A stretch of DNA of 64,000 nt from an uncultured Acidobacteriota bacterium. GTDB taxonomy: Bacteria > Acidobacteriota > Thermoanaerobaculia > Gp7-AA8. Positions 47,584 through 57,401 of this stretch are shown in pieces; position 1 is the stretch's first letter, and the number at the start of each line of letters is the position of its first letter. The DNA lies in the NCBI GenBank assembly GCA_963822445.1, contig CAWGHO010000002.1, forward strand, positions 384,001-448,000, read 5' to 3'. The notes under the pieces are model-generated. The model made no database searches. It had not been told where the DNA came from and saw only the letters and a program-made list of their open reading frames with translations. A program made the translations under genes and the position numbers.

Positions 47584-49293
47584 TCAGCGGCCGATCCTTG
47601 GAGGGCGGCCGGGCGGTGGAGCAGTTCGGGACATTGGCGGCGGTGGCGGCGGTCCGGCACGACTGGTCACGGCACCGGGCCTTGGTTGCTTCTGCACGGC
47701 ACGCACGCCTTTGGCTTTGATCGACAATCGCCTGGTCGGACCGCCAGTGAATTTCACGTCCCACATCTCACCGTCGGCGGCAGGCACGATGGCGAATGCA
47801 GGATTGCCGTTTGCCGGATGAAACCCATAGCTGCTGCCGAGACCTCGACACAGGCGCCCGAGCAGCTTGCCTTCGTACGAAACGTTGTGGGTCCCAAGGC
47901 GGCGGAGCGCGGTGATGGTCTCGGCGCCGGCGATCGTGATGTGGAACGTCTGCTTGCGGGACAGGACGAAGGCCGCGGCGACCGCGAGAGCGCCGAGAAT
48001 CGCCAGGATCGCCAGCAGGACCGCCGTGCGGCTGGAGCCCGTTCGCAATGCAAAGCTGACCGGCACCACGCTCGGACGGATACCCGACAGCGATGTCACG
48101 TCCTGAAACGAGAAGATCGACGACGCGTGATCGATCCCGAAAATACCGGCCATCTGCTGCCGCTGGAGACGCACACGGACGTCGGTCAGCGTCATGCGCA
48201 CATTTCCGGTGTAGCGGACGGTCGCACCGCTCCATGCCAGCCGAAGCCATTCGGTCACGCCACTGGGCGTGAATGAAACTGGCTGATTGGAACGAAGCTG
48301 CGCGCGGATGCGCTTCGCGCCGTTGGGCGGGATCTGTTCGCGAAGGTCGTCGCCGGCCGAGTCGAACACCTGCGGTGCGAGCGATTTCGCGCCGAGGTCG
48401 CGCTGGGCCCATGTCTCCGGAACGAACGGGGAATCGACGGCCAGGTCGTAATGCGCGGCGGTGACGGCGTGCTGGGTGAGACGGCTCCGGATCTCGCCAT
48501 CGAGCTCGAGCCCGACGCCGCGCCCTTCCTTGAACATTCCTTTGTCGCGGTCGGCGAGCACGAGCTGTAGATCGGCGCGAAGCGTGACTGGCTCAATGGC
48601 GAGGTTCTTCAGCTTGAGATGCTCTTGGCCCGGGAAGAGGTCGCGAAACCTGGCGTCGTACTCAGCGAGCCTTTCATTCGGGATCTCGGACGCCGAGACG
48701 AGGATGCCGTACACCGCAAGTGCGGAGCTCTGGCCGTTCTCGTCGAACGAATGCTTGTAGAGATGGACGGAGCGGATCTGGATCGACTGCGCCAGTGTTT
48801 CGAAAAAGCGCTGCACACCGGCGTCCGGCTCGCCGGCGGTGGTCTCGACGATGTTGTCGGTGATCAGCCAGACGATGCCGGTGTAGTCACGGGTGAACTC
48901 CAGCAGGGTCTCGGTGAGATAGGTACTGTTGCCGGTTCGCGCCGGAAAGTTCGCAATCGCGGTCTCGGTTCGAAATTCGCGCGGCGGCACAACGGGATGC
49001 ACTTCGCGAATGTCGGCCGGGGTGAAGGCGCCATTGGATGTGAACGTCCACATGCCGATGGTGTCGGCGTCGATGCCCGATTGGCGCCGAATGAATCCAT
49101 CGAGCCATGGCCCGAATTGCGGCGATCGATGAAAGAAATGCACGCCGAGCTGCTCGCGCGTGCGGCGTTCCGGCGAGCCGGGCGGACGGTAACCGGGATA
49201 CATGCTGCCGGAGTTGTCATAGAGGATGCGCACCGGCAACGCCTGCGCCGCGGTAGCGATCAGACAGAACGCGAGCGCGCAGAACGTCTTCAC
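47584..49293 (-). CDS. Exported vWA-like protein with C-terminal TM and Pro-rich cytoplasmic tail
   Basis: Signal peptide; ILYDNSGSM (MIDAS-like), TYL, WLITD; TM AVLLAILAILGALAVAAAFVL; GTGA overlap with the upstream gene. Confidence 0.8.
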   Translation of the reverse strand: MKTFCALAFCLIATAAQALPVRILYDNSGSMYPGYRPPGSPERRTREQLGVHFFHRSPQFGPWLDGFIRRQSGIDADTIGMWTFTSNGAFTPADIREVHPVVPPREFRTETAIANFPARTGNSTYLTETLLEFTRDYTGIVWLITDNIVETTAGEPDAGVQRFFETLAQSIQIRSVHLYKHSFDENGQSSALAVYGILVSASEIPNERLAEYDARFRDLFPGQEHLKLKNLAIEPVTLRADLQLVLADRDKGMFKEGRGVGLELDGEIRSRLTQHAVTAAHYDLAVDSPFVPETWAQRDLGAKSLAPQVFDSAGDDLREQIPPNGAKRIRAQLRSNQPVSFTPSGVTEWLRLAWSGATVRYTGNVRMTLTDVRVRLQRQQMAGIFGIDHASSIFSFQDVTSLSGIRPSVVPVSFALRTGSSRTAVLLAILAILGALAVAAAFVLSRKQTFHITIAGAETITALRRLGTHNVSYEGKLLGRLCRGLGSSYGFHPANGNPAFAIVPAADGEMWDVKFTGGPTRRLSIKAKGVRAVQKQPRPGAVTSRAGPPPPPPMSRTAPPPGRPPRIGR

Positions 49294-50552
49294 TGTGCCG
49301 CTCCTTTCGAGACCAGCTCGCGGACTTCTACGATGCCGTCCCGGTTTCCGGCGGCGATGTACGACTCGAACGAAGCGAGCGCCGTGATGGCGGCACCGCT
49401 CTGGTCGCCGAGGCGCCACACCTCGTGGCGCGGCAGTTGGGCGAGGTTGTAGAGGAGAACGCGGCCGTCCTCCATCCCCACCGCGGCCGCGCAGCCCTGC
49501 ACGATGACGGGCGAGCCCTTGCTCGCGCGCTCATGGGGCGCGAACGAGTCGCGCACGCCGGTGCGCCAGAAAGCGATTCCGCGCGTGTCGATGCCGACGC
49601 CGTCGCGGTCCCAGTCATCGGCGCCGTCGCGTGTCAGCGCAAAGAGCTGCGTGTCTTCGTCGAGCGGTTCCTCGATCGCCCCCGTGGCCGCGTTGATCCG
49701 GTAAAGCCGGTGCGCATCGCCGAAAATACCGAAGATCGTGCCGCCCAGGAGAGCGATGGGATGGTCTGTCAGCGAGTGCAGGGCAACGGCATGCGTCGCG
49801 AGGCCGTCACTCATCACGTGCAATCGCACGCGGCCGTCTTCCTCAGACAGAAATACCGCGCGCGAGCTCGAAGGATCGGCAGCCACCCAACTCATTTTCG
49901 GAGCGCCATGAATCGAGCGAACGCTGCCTTGCTCGATGACCTGAACCTCGCGCCAGTCGGCCGTGGCGACGGTCACGTAAAGGCGATCGCCGACCGCTGT
50001 GAGCGCATGAATCGGCGTTCCGCTCAGCGTCACGTGCCAAAGAGGACGGATGCGCGGCGTTTCGAGCACCAACGCCGCCAATGCGTAGGCACTCAGTTGG
50101 CCGCGCGTTGCGAGATAGAGCACTCCGTCGCTGATGCATGGCTCCGCCGTGACTGGTCCCTGCGTCTGAAAGCGGCAGACGCTCTTCGCGCGCAACGGAT
50201 CGGCGACCTCGACGACGCCGTTGAGAGAGATCGCGATGAGGTGGCCGTCATAACCGAGAAGGCTCCGGCAGCTATCGCCGAGGCGGAGGCGCAGGTCGGT
50301 CGCGCGGGTGGTGCAGTCATGGGCGGCGGCGGACGACGCATTCGCGCTCAGGCGTCGCGGCCCGCCTCTGTACCCGGCCCAATTCGCGGCCAGCGGCGAC
50401 AATGCGGTTCCGCAACCTCGGCAAAAGACGGCAAACGAGCGGTTGCGCGACGCGCAGCGCGAACATCGCTTCACGTAACCGCCGCAAAGACAGCGGGGGG
50501 CATCCGTGGCGAGCTCGGACACACAGTCAGGTTGCGAATAAGGGCAAGTCAC
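49290..50552 (-). CDS. N-terminal Zn ribbon + PQQ/WD40-like beta-propeller protein
   Basis: CPYSQPDC..CLC..CSRC..FCRGCG; WAGYRGG, EPCISDGVLYL, IAAGNRDGIVEV. Confidence 0.75.
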   Translation of the reverse strand: MTCPYSQPDCVSELATDAPRCLCGGYVKRCSRCASRNRSFAVFCRGCGTALSPLAANWAGYRGGPRRLSANASSAAAHDCTTRATDLRLRLGDSCRSLLGYDGHLIAISLNGVVEVADPLRAKSVCRFQTQGPVTAEPCISDGVLYLATRGQLSAYALAALVLETPRIRPLWHVTLSGTPIHALTAVGDRLYVTVATADWREVQVIEQGSVRSIHGAPKMSWVAADPSSSRAVFLSEEDGRVRLHVMSDGLATHAVALHSLTDHPIALLGGTIFGIFGDAHRLYRINAATGAIEEPLDEDTQLFALTRDGADDWDRDGVGIDTRGIAFWRTGVRDSFAPHERASKGSPVIVQGCAAAVGMEDGRVLLYNLAQLPRHEVWRLGDQSGAAITALASFESYIAAGNRDGIVEVRELVSKGAAQ

Positions 50553-50561
50553 ACTCGGTCC

Positions 50562-51515
50562 TCACCGACTCCGGTTGACGATCACCTCGGGTTGTCGAAG
50601 GACCTGCTGTCCTTCGATGAACCCGTTTCGAATCACACCGGTAATGACACCGTCCGCGACGCGGGGGTCATTCGTGGTGGAGCGGCCGATGTGGCGTGCG
50701 CTGTCGAACAGCGTCTCCCCGAGCGTCACTTCGATCGGCTCGACGGCGGCGATGCGCAGTAGCTGGCGCACGAGATCCACGCCGTTCTGCAGCTCATCCG
50801 GACGCTGCTCGAGCTGCGCCTGCTGATAGCGCTGGAGATACAGGTCCGCAAACGGGAGGAACGATTCAGTGACCCAGCTCTGGAATCGGAACGCGAAGCG
50901 GCTTGCGTCGGAAGTGAGCAGCCCCGCCAGCTCGCGCGTGCGGCGTACCTCCTCCGCATCCGTTTCGAGGCGTGGAAACTTGCCGCTGATGATGCGCGGG
51001 ATGAATCCGATGCGCTGAATGACCGTGCGATGCTCGCGGCACGGCCCGATCACGCCGTCGAACGTCGGCCTCAGATCGGAGGGCACGACCTGCGTCAGCT
51101 CATCGAGAATCCCCTGCCACGCGTTGTCGTGCGTCGCGCTCTCGAATGCAGCACTCAGCTCCTTGTTCGCGCAGAACTGGTTCCACTCCGCGCCCAGGAT
51201 CTGGTGCTCGAGCGCGACGGCGTCGGTCGACACGGGCGGCCTCGCGGCAATTTGCTCGACGATGCGAAGGACGCCGGTCACTTCCGCGCGCAGAAGGGCG
51301 AGCTCGTTCGCGATCGGATCCAGTTGCTCGACAGTAAGGACATTCGCCTTATTTACTTTCTCGTCGAGAACATCGATCACAGCATTCAGCCGCTTCGCTG
51401 CGTCCGTTTCTTCGAGCACGGCGCGCCTGCGTCGGAACAGAAGAAACACGAGCAGCACCACCGCGATCAGCGACAGCGCAGCGCAGGCGACGATCAACAT
51501 GGTCTGAATGGTCAT
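50562..51515 (-). CDS. Membrane-anchored GrpE-like nucleotide exchange factor
   Basis: N-terminal TM and coiled coil; C-terminal GETLFDSARH...GVITGVIRNGF...QVLRQPEVIV matches the GrpE beta-head pattern; ATGA overlap. Confidence 0.75.
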   Translation of the reverse strand: MTIQTMLIVACAALSLIAVVLLVFLLFRRRRAVLEETDAAKRLNAVIDVLDEKVNKANVLTVEQLDPIANELALLRAEVTGVLRIVEQIAARPPVSTDAVALEHQILGAEWNQFCANKELSAAFESATHDNAWQGILDELTQVVPSDLRPTFDGVIGPCREHRTVIQRIGFIPRIISGKFPRLETDAEEVRRTRELAGLLTSDASRFAFRFQSWVTESFLPFADLYLQRYQQAQLEQRPDELQNGVDLVRQLLRIAAVEPIEVTLGETLFDSARHIGRSTTNDPRVADGVITGVIRNGFIEGQQVLRQPEVIVNRSR

Positions 51516-52939
51516 CTCACCACCTCCAACTCCTGGGTGAACTGCGTGCGCGCCACGACGACGTCGTGCGGCATGCGCGCTTCGACGGTGCCGTGCAGGC
51601 GATGGCCGGCATTGCTGCACCGCAGATGGACGGTCAGGCGCAACGCGGCCTCGCCATCCAGCTTCATGGGTATCGCGCAGAGCGTCGTGTTGCCTTCGGG
51701 CGCGCGGTCGGCACCCCACAACAGATGCAGGAGGAACGACTGGCCGGCACGGCTGTCACCCCCGAGCCGGAAATCGGTGTCCACACGACACGCCTCGCCG
51801 GCCTCGGGAAGTTGCGCCTGCGGCAGCAACTCCATCGCCTCGCCTCGCATCGTGTTCACGCGCAATGTGCCACTCGGCGCGAGAACGACGCGCGAGCGCA
51901 TCGCCGACGCGACATCGCGCAGCGGGTCGACCGCCGGCGCGGCCCGCGACATGAATGCGCTGCGCACCGCGCCGATCCCGAAGATCTCCCCCGCAAAAAT
52001 CGTCGGCAGATCTTCCGCACCCAGTACCGTGAGCGTCTCGCGCAAACGCTGCGAGAGATCATGCGTCGTGATCCACGCACCATCGAGCGCTGAATCCACT
52101 GCCGCATGTGCAAGTCGATCAGGCAGCGAGTCAGGCGAGCCGGTCAACAGCGAAGTCAGCGTGCGCTCGAAGGCGGCACTCGGCGTCACGTGCAACGCTT
52201 CGGCGATGCGCGCGCTCCAGTGATTCCATCCGCGACCCGCAAGCGTCACGGAAGCTGTCGTGCGAAGACGAGGTTCGTCCGCTTTGCCGTCGATCGTGAC
52301 GCGATGAATGTGAAGATCAGTCTCCGACGTCTCGATGACCACGCATTCGCATGGGGCCTTGTCGACGAGCGCCATCGCCGCGGCGAGCTCCCGGCGGACG
52401 ACAAACGGCGATCGGAAGCCGCGCCGCCGAAACAACTTGTGCAGCACCAGCCGCGCATGCCGTCCGGTTTGCGCCGGCAGGATCACGATCGGGTCGATCT
52501 CCTGCGGGGCGTGCTGCCGCTCGAGAACGAACGCGAACGTCGGATCGAGCAATGCGTCGAGCATCGTCAGCGCGACGCGGGGCAAAAGGCCATCGACCGC
52601 GAGATCAGCGAGCGCCTCCGGCGTCGAAAGCACCGTCAGTGGAGAGGAAAGCTGCAACGCCACGGCGGATGCCTGCGGATCCCACGGTCGACGCACGCCG
52701 ATGCGCCGGGCGCGCAGAAAGAAACTGCGCGCGTCCGTTTTCGCGAGCGCCTCGACCGCGTCCTCCCACAGAAAATCGCGATCCTCGACGACACGCGGCT
52801 CGAAAAGGATGTCTGTCGACACGTTCCGGACCGCGACCTGGCGAATCTCCTGGCTGCACGGCACGAGCTCCCCGTCCTCGGTCACCAACAACGCGGAGAG
52901 AACGCGGCCGCCCAGATCGACGATCAGTTGCGGTCTCAT
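51512..52939 (-). CDS. Degenerate Hsp70/actin-fold protein
   Basis: IVDLGG, IVILPAQ...R..L......GF....VVRRELAAAMA, VVIET, LAGRGW, IFAG; ATP motifs decayed; ATG 52939 overlaps the Hsp70 stop. Confidence 0.65.
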   Translation of the reverse strand: MRPQLIVDLGGRVLSALLVTEDGELVPCSQEIRQVAVRNVSTDILFEPRVVEDRDFLWEDAVEALAKTDARSFFLRARRIGVRRPWDPQASAVALQLSSPLTVLSTPEALADLAVDGLLPRVALTMLDALLDPTFAFVLERQHAPQEIDPIVILPAQTGRHARLVLHKLFRRRGFRSPFVVRRELAAAMALVDKAPCECVVIETSETDLHIHRVTIDGKADEPRLRTTASVTLAGRGWNHWSARIAEALHVTPSAAFERTLTSLLTGSPDSLPDRLAHAAVDSALDGAWITTHDLSQRLRETLTVLGAEDLPTIFAGEIFGIGAVRSAFMSRAAPAVDPLRDVASAMRSRVVLAPSGTLRVNTMRGEAMELLPQAQLPEAGEACRVDTDFRLGGDSRAGQSFLLHLLWGADRAPEGNTTLCAIPMKLDGEAALRLTVHLRCSNAGHRLHGTVEARMPHDVVVARTQFTQELEVVR

Positions 52940-55770
52940 CCCATCCAACTCTCTTCCTCGTGCAGCCGCGCCGGCTCGATCGTGACCGGGCTGCCATTGG
53001 CGAACACGCGCAACGTGCGATTCGCGCCGATGGCGAACGTGACGTCGCAACCCGGCCTGCCGGCGGTGTCGATCGAAATCTGGCCGATCAGGCTGACGTG
53101 CGGATTGCCGACGATGGCCTTTCCGGTGCCGGTGTTCTGGTAGAACTTGAGATTGAGGTAGCCGCCGGGCGGGATCATCTCCGCCGGATACGGCTTGGTC
53201 GCTTCGACCGGATACCGCGCGCCGCGCGCGATCACTTCGTCGAACTCGGGCTCGACCGGATTGGTGAACGTTTCGACGCCGTAGCTGTGCGGCAGGCGCC
53301 GTCCGTCGCTGAGCAGCAGGATCCGCGCTTTCGGGTCGACCAGTCGATCGCGCATCGAGCCGTACAGCGCGGCGCCTTTGGCGACGCACACTTTCAGGTG
53401 CTGCTCTTCGAGGAGATCGCGGTCGTCGCCGAGGCCGGGAAACATCGCTCGAACGCAGCGGCGGATCTGCGGCAGCAAACTCTGGCGGCCCGTGTGAAGG
53501 ATGAAGTCGATCTCGTTCGCATCGACTTCCGCGAGCGCGAGCGATGCGCGAATCAACTCCTCGGATCGTGCCAGGACCGGCTGAAGGAGATTGCCTGCCG
53601 CCTCGGCAGATAAAGGCGGAATCTTCACGCCGCGACGCGCCTGCTCGATCCTGCCGCCGTTGATGCGCACGAGCAGGTCGGGATGGATGTCGGTCGACGA
53701 CTGCTTCTTGTCCGCCATCCGGATCTTGGCCTGCTCGGCGAGGTCTTTCCATTGCGCGCGGACGCGCAGCAGCTCGCGCCAGACCTCGGCGCTCCACCCT
53801 TCGCGATCGCAGCGGCGCTGAAAATCGGTGAAGTTGCCGGCGATCAGAGTCGTATCGAGCTCGAACGCGGTCAGCTCCTGCTTGCAACGTCGGAGCAGCT
53901 CCTTCATCACGAGCACGTCGATGTGATCGCCGCCGATGTCGTTGTCGCCGAGGTTGGCGAGAATGCGCAGACCGGTGCCGCCGGTCTTCACCTGAGTTAC
54001 GCCGGCGACGGCAACGTCGAGCGTACCGCCGCCATGATCGAAAACGAGCAGCTTCAGTCCCTGCTCGCGAGCGATCGCGCTGGTGATTTCCGAGGAGCTG
54101 CGGGTTCTGCGAAGGAAGTCGAGGTAATAGAGAACCGCGGCCGACGGCTCGTCGAGGATGATTCCGGCGTTGACGCTCGCGCCGACGTCCTCGCTCTGTC
54201 GCGCTTCGACACGCTGGGCGCGCTCCTCCTCGGTATCGAGACCCGCACCGGCGCACGCTTCCAGCACGTCACGGATCTGAAGGTCATGAAAGTTGGCCGG
54301 GACGGTGATGATCGCCTTGCGGACGTTGTATTGCGCTCCGTTGCCGGAGTCGGCATGCAGCTTGTCCTCGGCGAACTGGACGAGCTTGCGGATGATCATC
54401 GAGGCCAGCTCGGCGGCCGAATAGGAGCGATCGAAGAAGGTGCGATCCCGCTCGTAACCCATCACCCGCTTGATCGACCGCACCGTGCGATCGGGCGCGG
54501 TGTCGGCTTCGTTACGCGCGGACTCGCCGATCTTGTACGTGTCGGGATCATCGAACACGAGCACGCTCGGAATGAGCTCCTTGCCCGAGGATTCGTCCTT
54601 CACCAGCGCCAGGCCACTCTTGTCGCGCGGACTGAGCACGGCCACGACGGAGTTCGTGGTGCCGAAGTCGATCCCGATGTAGTCCGCGTACTCCTTCGGC
54701 TTCACGACCGTGAGCTCGACCGGCAGAACCAGCGGCTCCTGCGCGTGCGGACGGATGATTACGCTGCCGCGATGCTTCCCTTCGGCCAGCTCGCGCGGCG
54801 AGCAGATCACCCGGAAATCGAAGGAGCGCAGGAACATCGTCGGAGAGACGGTCTTTCGGGCGGCCGATTCCGAGCACAGGAGGGTGAACCTGGACGCGCG
54901 CGCGACGACGTTGATCCATGGCGCGTCGCTTTCGATCGAGAGGATTTCCACGTCGGTCGTTCCATGGTTCTCGAGACGAACCGACGTCGCGTAGTCGCGC
55001 TTCGCCAGCGCTCGAGAGAAACGCAACGCGGCCGGATCGAGCTGCAGTCGATAGCGGAACATCTGGGCAGTGATCGGAACGACGACAACGCCGGCGTGAT
55101 TGGCGAAGTCGATCCGGACGTTCCCCTCGCCCATCGCTTGTCCGCCCGCCGCCGTCTGCCACACGACCGGTATCGACAGCGTCTCGTCTCGTCTGATCAG
55201 CCGGCCGTCGAACTCCCCTCGCACGCTCAATTGCGGCGAACCGGCGGCGCGCACAGTGGCCACGCGCAACGGAATGCTGCCGGTGTTCGCCAGTTCCAGC
55301 AGCCGTTCGGCCGACTTCCCTTCCTCGACGTGCTCGAAGTCCAGCGCCGGAGTGAGCAACTTCGGCATGGGCCCGGAACGGAGATCGATCTGCAGCGGCC
55401 GCTGTTTGCGCGTATCGCCGTCGACGACGCAGATGTATTCGGCGACCCGCTGAAATCCAGCCGGAAGCTTTTGCGCGTCGAGCGTCACGCGCACGCGCAG
55501 TTCGGAGCTCGCTGCGATCTCAACTCCACTCCCGGGATCGAACATCAGACCCGGGATGGCAGAACCGGCCCGGGGCTCGATCGAGACCCGTATCGCTCGC
55601 GGTCCGCCGTTGCGCAGACACAGCTCTCTGGACGGCGCAATGGATGTGATCAGCACGAGCGTCTCGGGCTCGATCTCCAGGAACAGCAACAGCTTCCCGC
55701 AGAAGCTGCAATACGCGTCGTCGGGACCGGGCTCCCACTGATGACAGTAACGGCACTCGGTCCGGCTCAT
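52936..55770 (-). CDS. Hsp70-family protein with N-terminal Zn ribbon and three Ig-like domains
   Basis: CRYC..CSFC; LxNxG Ig-like repeats; IGIDFGTTNS, IPSV, SIKRVMG, ITVPANF, DEPSAA, FDHGGGTLDV, IGGDHID, VAKGAA; short lid-less substrate-binding region. Confidence 0.92.
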   Translation of the reverse strand: MSRTECRYCHQWEPGPDDAYCSFCGKLLLFLEIEPETLVLITSIAPSRELCLRNGGPRAIRVSIEPRAGSAIPGLMFDPGSGVEIAASSELRVRVTLDAQKLPAGFQRVAEYICVVDGDTRKQRPLQIDLRSGPMPKLLTPALDFEHVEEGKSAERLLELANTGSIPLRVATVRAAGSPQLSVRGEFDGRLIRRDETLSIPVVWQTAAGGQAMGEGNVRIDFANHAGVVVVPITAQMFRYRLQLDPAALRFSRALAKRDYATSVRLENHGTTDVEILSIESDAPWINVVARASRFTLLCSESAARKTVSPTMFLRSFDFRVICSPRELAEGKHRGSVIIRPHAQEPLVLPVELTVVKPKEYADYIGIDFGTTNSVVAVLSPRDKSGLALVKDESSGKELIPSVLVFDDPDTYKIGESARNEADTAPDRTVRSIKRVMGYERDRTFFDRSYSAAELASMIIRKLVQFAEDKLHADSGNGAQYNVRKAIITVPANFHDLQIRDVLEACAGAGLDTEEERAQRVEARQSEDVGASVNAGIILDEPSAAVLYYLDFLRRTRSSSEITSAIAREQGLKLLVFDHGGGTLDVAVAGVTQVKTGGTGLRILANLGDNDIGGDHIDVLVMKELLRRCKQELTAFELDTTLIAGNFTDFQRRCDREGWSAEVWRELLRVRAQWKDLAEQAKIRMADKKQSSTDIHPDLLVRINGGRIEQARRGVKIPPLSAEAAGNLLQPVLARSEELIRASLALAEVDANEIDFILHTGRQSLLPQIRRCVRAMFPGLGDDRDLLEEQHLKVCVAKGAALYGSMRDRLVDPKARILLLSDGRRLPHSYGVETFTNPVEPEFDEVIARGARYPVEATKPYPAEMIPPGGYLNLKFYQNTGTGKAIVGNPHVSLIGQISIDTAGRPGCDVTFAIGANRTLRVFANGSPVTIEPARLHEEESWMG

Positions 55771-56663
55771 CAGAAACCCCTCACGATCACGAACAGCAGC
55801 GTGAAAAAGAGGAGCGCGATCACCGCGATCATCGCTCCTGGATGCACGCGACTGGCAGCCTGCGGCGGCAGCGACGGAGGAACGCGTTTCTCGGCGGCGA
55901 CGTTAGACGCCGTGAAGCGCAGCGCGATGTCCTGCATCTCAGGCCGCGGATCGTTGGTGCTCAGCCGAATGACGCCGCCAGCCGTCCCTCCGAACAGTTG
56001 CAACCGCAGCTTTACGGCGAACGGCGCGGTCCGTTCGAAGAATGGTCCGGCAATCGGACCCGTCCGATGACGGCCGTCGACTTCGAACGCAATACCGGCC
56101 GGAAGATCGGCGATCGTGACCACGAGCGGAATCGACGAGTCATTGGCCACCGACAACTGGTACGCGCGGTCGCCGCTGCCGAAGTCGAACGGTTGCGGCA
56201 CCGCCGATCCATTGAAGTCGAAGCGCGCGATCGCGTGCGAACGCCGCGTGATCATGCGGACCGGCAACTCTTCGATTCGGTTGCCGACCGCGAACTGCAA
56301 CACGCCGTGAAACTCGCCTTCCGCGTCGTGGACGACCACCACGTCGACCGCTGCGCCGGCCCCGCCGCCGTCCAGCGAAACACTCTCGCCCTCGGCCGAA
56401 ACCCATCGCGCCGTGAGCCACGAGGGCAGGTCCGCGAGACGAACATCGACCCGTTCCGCGTCTCGATTGCAGACACGCACGTGACACCGTTCGGCGCCCG
56501 GCGACGACACGGTTCCGAGATCGAGAACCCCCGCGCGGATCGCGCCGCCGAGAAACAGGAGTCGCGGCGACGGCATCGGCTCCAGCCACGTGCGCGCAGG
56601 TGCGCGCAACGCGCCGAGGAAGTGACGCTGCAGGGCGAGCACCGAGTCGCGGGAAAGGTTCAT
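55770..56663 (-). CDS. Ig-like domain protein with C-terminal TM anchor
   Basis: LDLGTV, VCN, PSWLT, FDFG...VANDSSIPLVV, LSTNDP; C-terminal hydrophobic helix; coupled on both sides. Confidence 0.72.
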   Translation of the reverse strand: MNLSRDSVLALQRHFLGALRAPARTWLEPMPSPRLLFLGGAIRAGVLDLGTVSSPGAERCHVRVCNRDAERVDVRLADLPSWLTARWVSAEGESVSLDGGGAGAAVDVVVVHDAEGEFHGVLQFAVGNRIEELPVRMITRRSHAIARFDFNGSAVPQPFDFGSGDRAYQLSVANDSSIPLVVTIADLPAGIAFEVDGRHRTGPIAGPFFERTAPFAVKLRLQLFGGTAGGVIRLSTNDPRPEMQDIALRFTASNVAAEKRVPPSLPPQAASRVHPGAMIAVIALLFFTLLFVIVRGF

Positions 56664-57391
56664 CGCGCCGCCGTCATCACTCCGCCGCCCTGCCGGCCGA
56701 ACGCCATGATGTATAGCGGCGCCGTTCCGACATGCGGCGCAAAGCGGCCCTGCTCGTCGTCGATCAACGCCTCGACGTCGTACGTTCCTACGGGTGCTTT
56801 CTTGGACAGCGTCAGCTCGACCGTCGACTCGACCACGCCGCCACCCTTGGGAACCACGAACTCATTGGGACCGGCGCCGAACACGTAGTCCTCGCCGTAC
56901 TTCAGACCGCGAAAGACCCGCACCTTGATGTTCTCGTTCGGATCCGGTCCGAGCACGAGATAGCGGACGTATAGCTTCGCGGTCTGGCCCGGCTTCGGAT
57001 TCGCGGGCTGGAAGTGCACCTCTTCAATGCGCGCGACGTAACCCTGCGAGCTGTCGTAGCTGGCCTGGCGCACCGCGAGATCGCGGCCAGCGAAGATCTG
57101 ATCCTGTCGCTTGCCGACCGCGAATCCGGCGATCGCGCCGGCGACGGCACCAGCAAACGCGTGCTTCACGATCTGCTCGTGATCCATTCCGGCGACGCCC
57201 GCGCCGAGAGCCCCGATCGCGCCGCCGATCAGCGCACTAACGATTGCCTTTCGCTTGGCGCGGCTTTGCAGCGCCATCCAATCCTTGATGTTGGCGGGCT
57301 TCGACACCGCCCCGGCATTCGGCGTGGGTGCGGTCGCGCAGGCGGTGAAGAGCAGCGAGCAAACGAGCAGTGACGCAATTCCATTTCTCAT
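56660..57391 (-). CDS. Lipoprotein with glycine-zipper and C-terminal beta domain
   Basis: Lipobox FTAC; ALIGGAIGALGAG and AGAVAGAIAGFAVG. Confidence 0.8.
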   Translation of the reverse strand: MRNGIASLLVCSLLFTACATAPTPNAGAVSKPANIKDWMALQSRAKRKAIVSALIGGAIGALGAGVAGMDHEQIVKHAFAGAVAGAIAGFAVGKRQDQIFAGRDLAVRQASYDSSQGYVARIEEVHFQPANPKPGQTAKLYVRYLVLGPDPNENIKVRVFRGLKYGEDYVFGAGPNEFVVPKGGGVVESTVELTLSKKAPVGTYDVEALIDDEQGRFAPHVGTAPLYIMAFGRQGGGVMTAAR

Positions 57392-57401
57392 GTCGAGTAC
57401 C

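Noticed and set aside
52940-54256. N-terminal extension of the 914-aa ORF 51512-54256
   Set aside because: Arg-rich off-frame read-through of the Hsp70 gene; the real start is ATG 52939 overlapping the Hsp70 stop.
40136-55770. Calling the chaperone genes housekeeping dnaK/dnaJ/grpE
   Set aside because: Extra Ig, Zn-ribbon and TM domains, no lid, no HPD J-domain and island context argue for specialised paralogs.
53683-56070. Long plus-strand ORF (795 aa), and similar ones at 45809-47821, 37404-39032, 57738-59144, 24762-26213
   Set aside because: Antisense shadows of well-supported minus-strand genes in high-GC DNA; no recognisable motifs.
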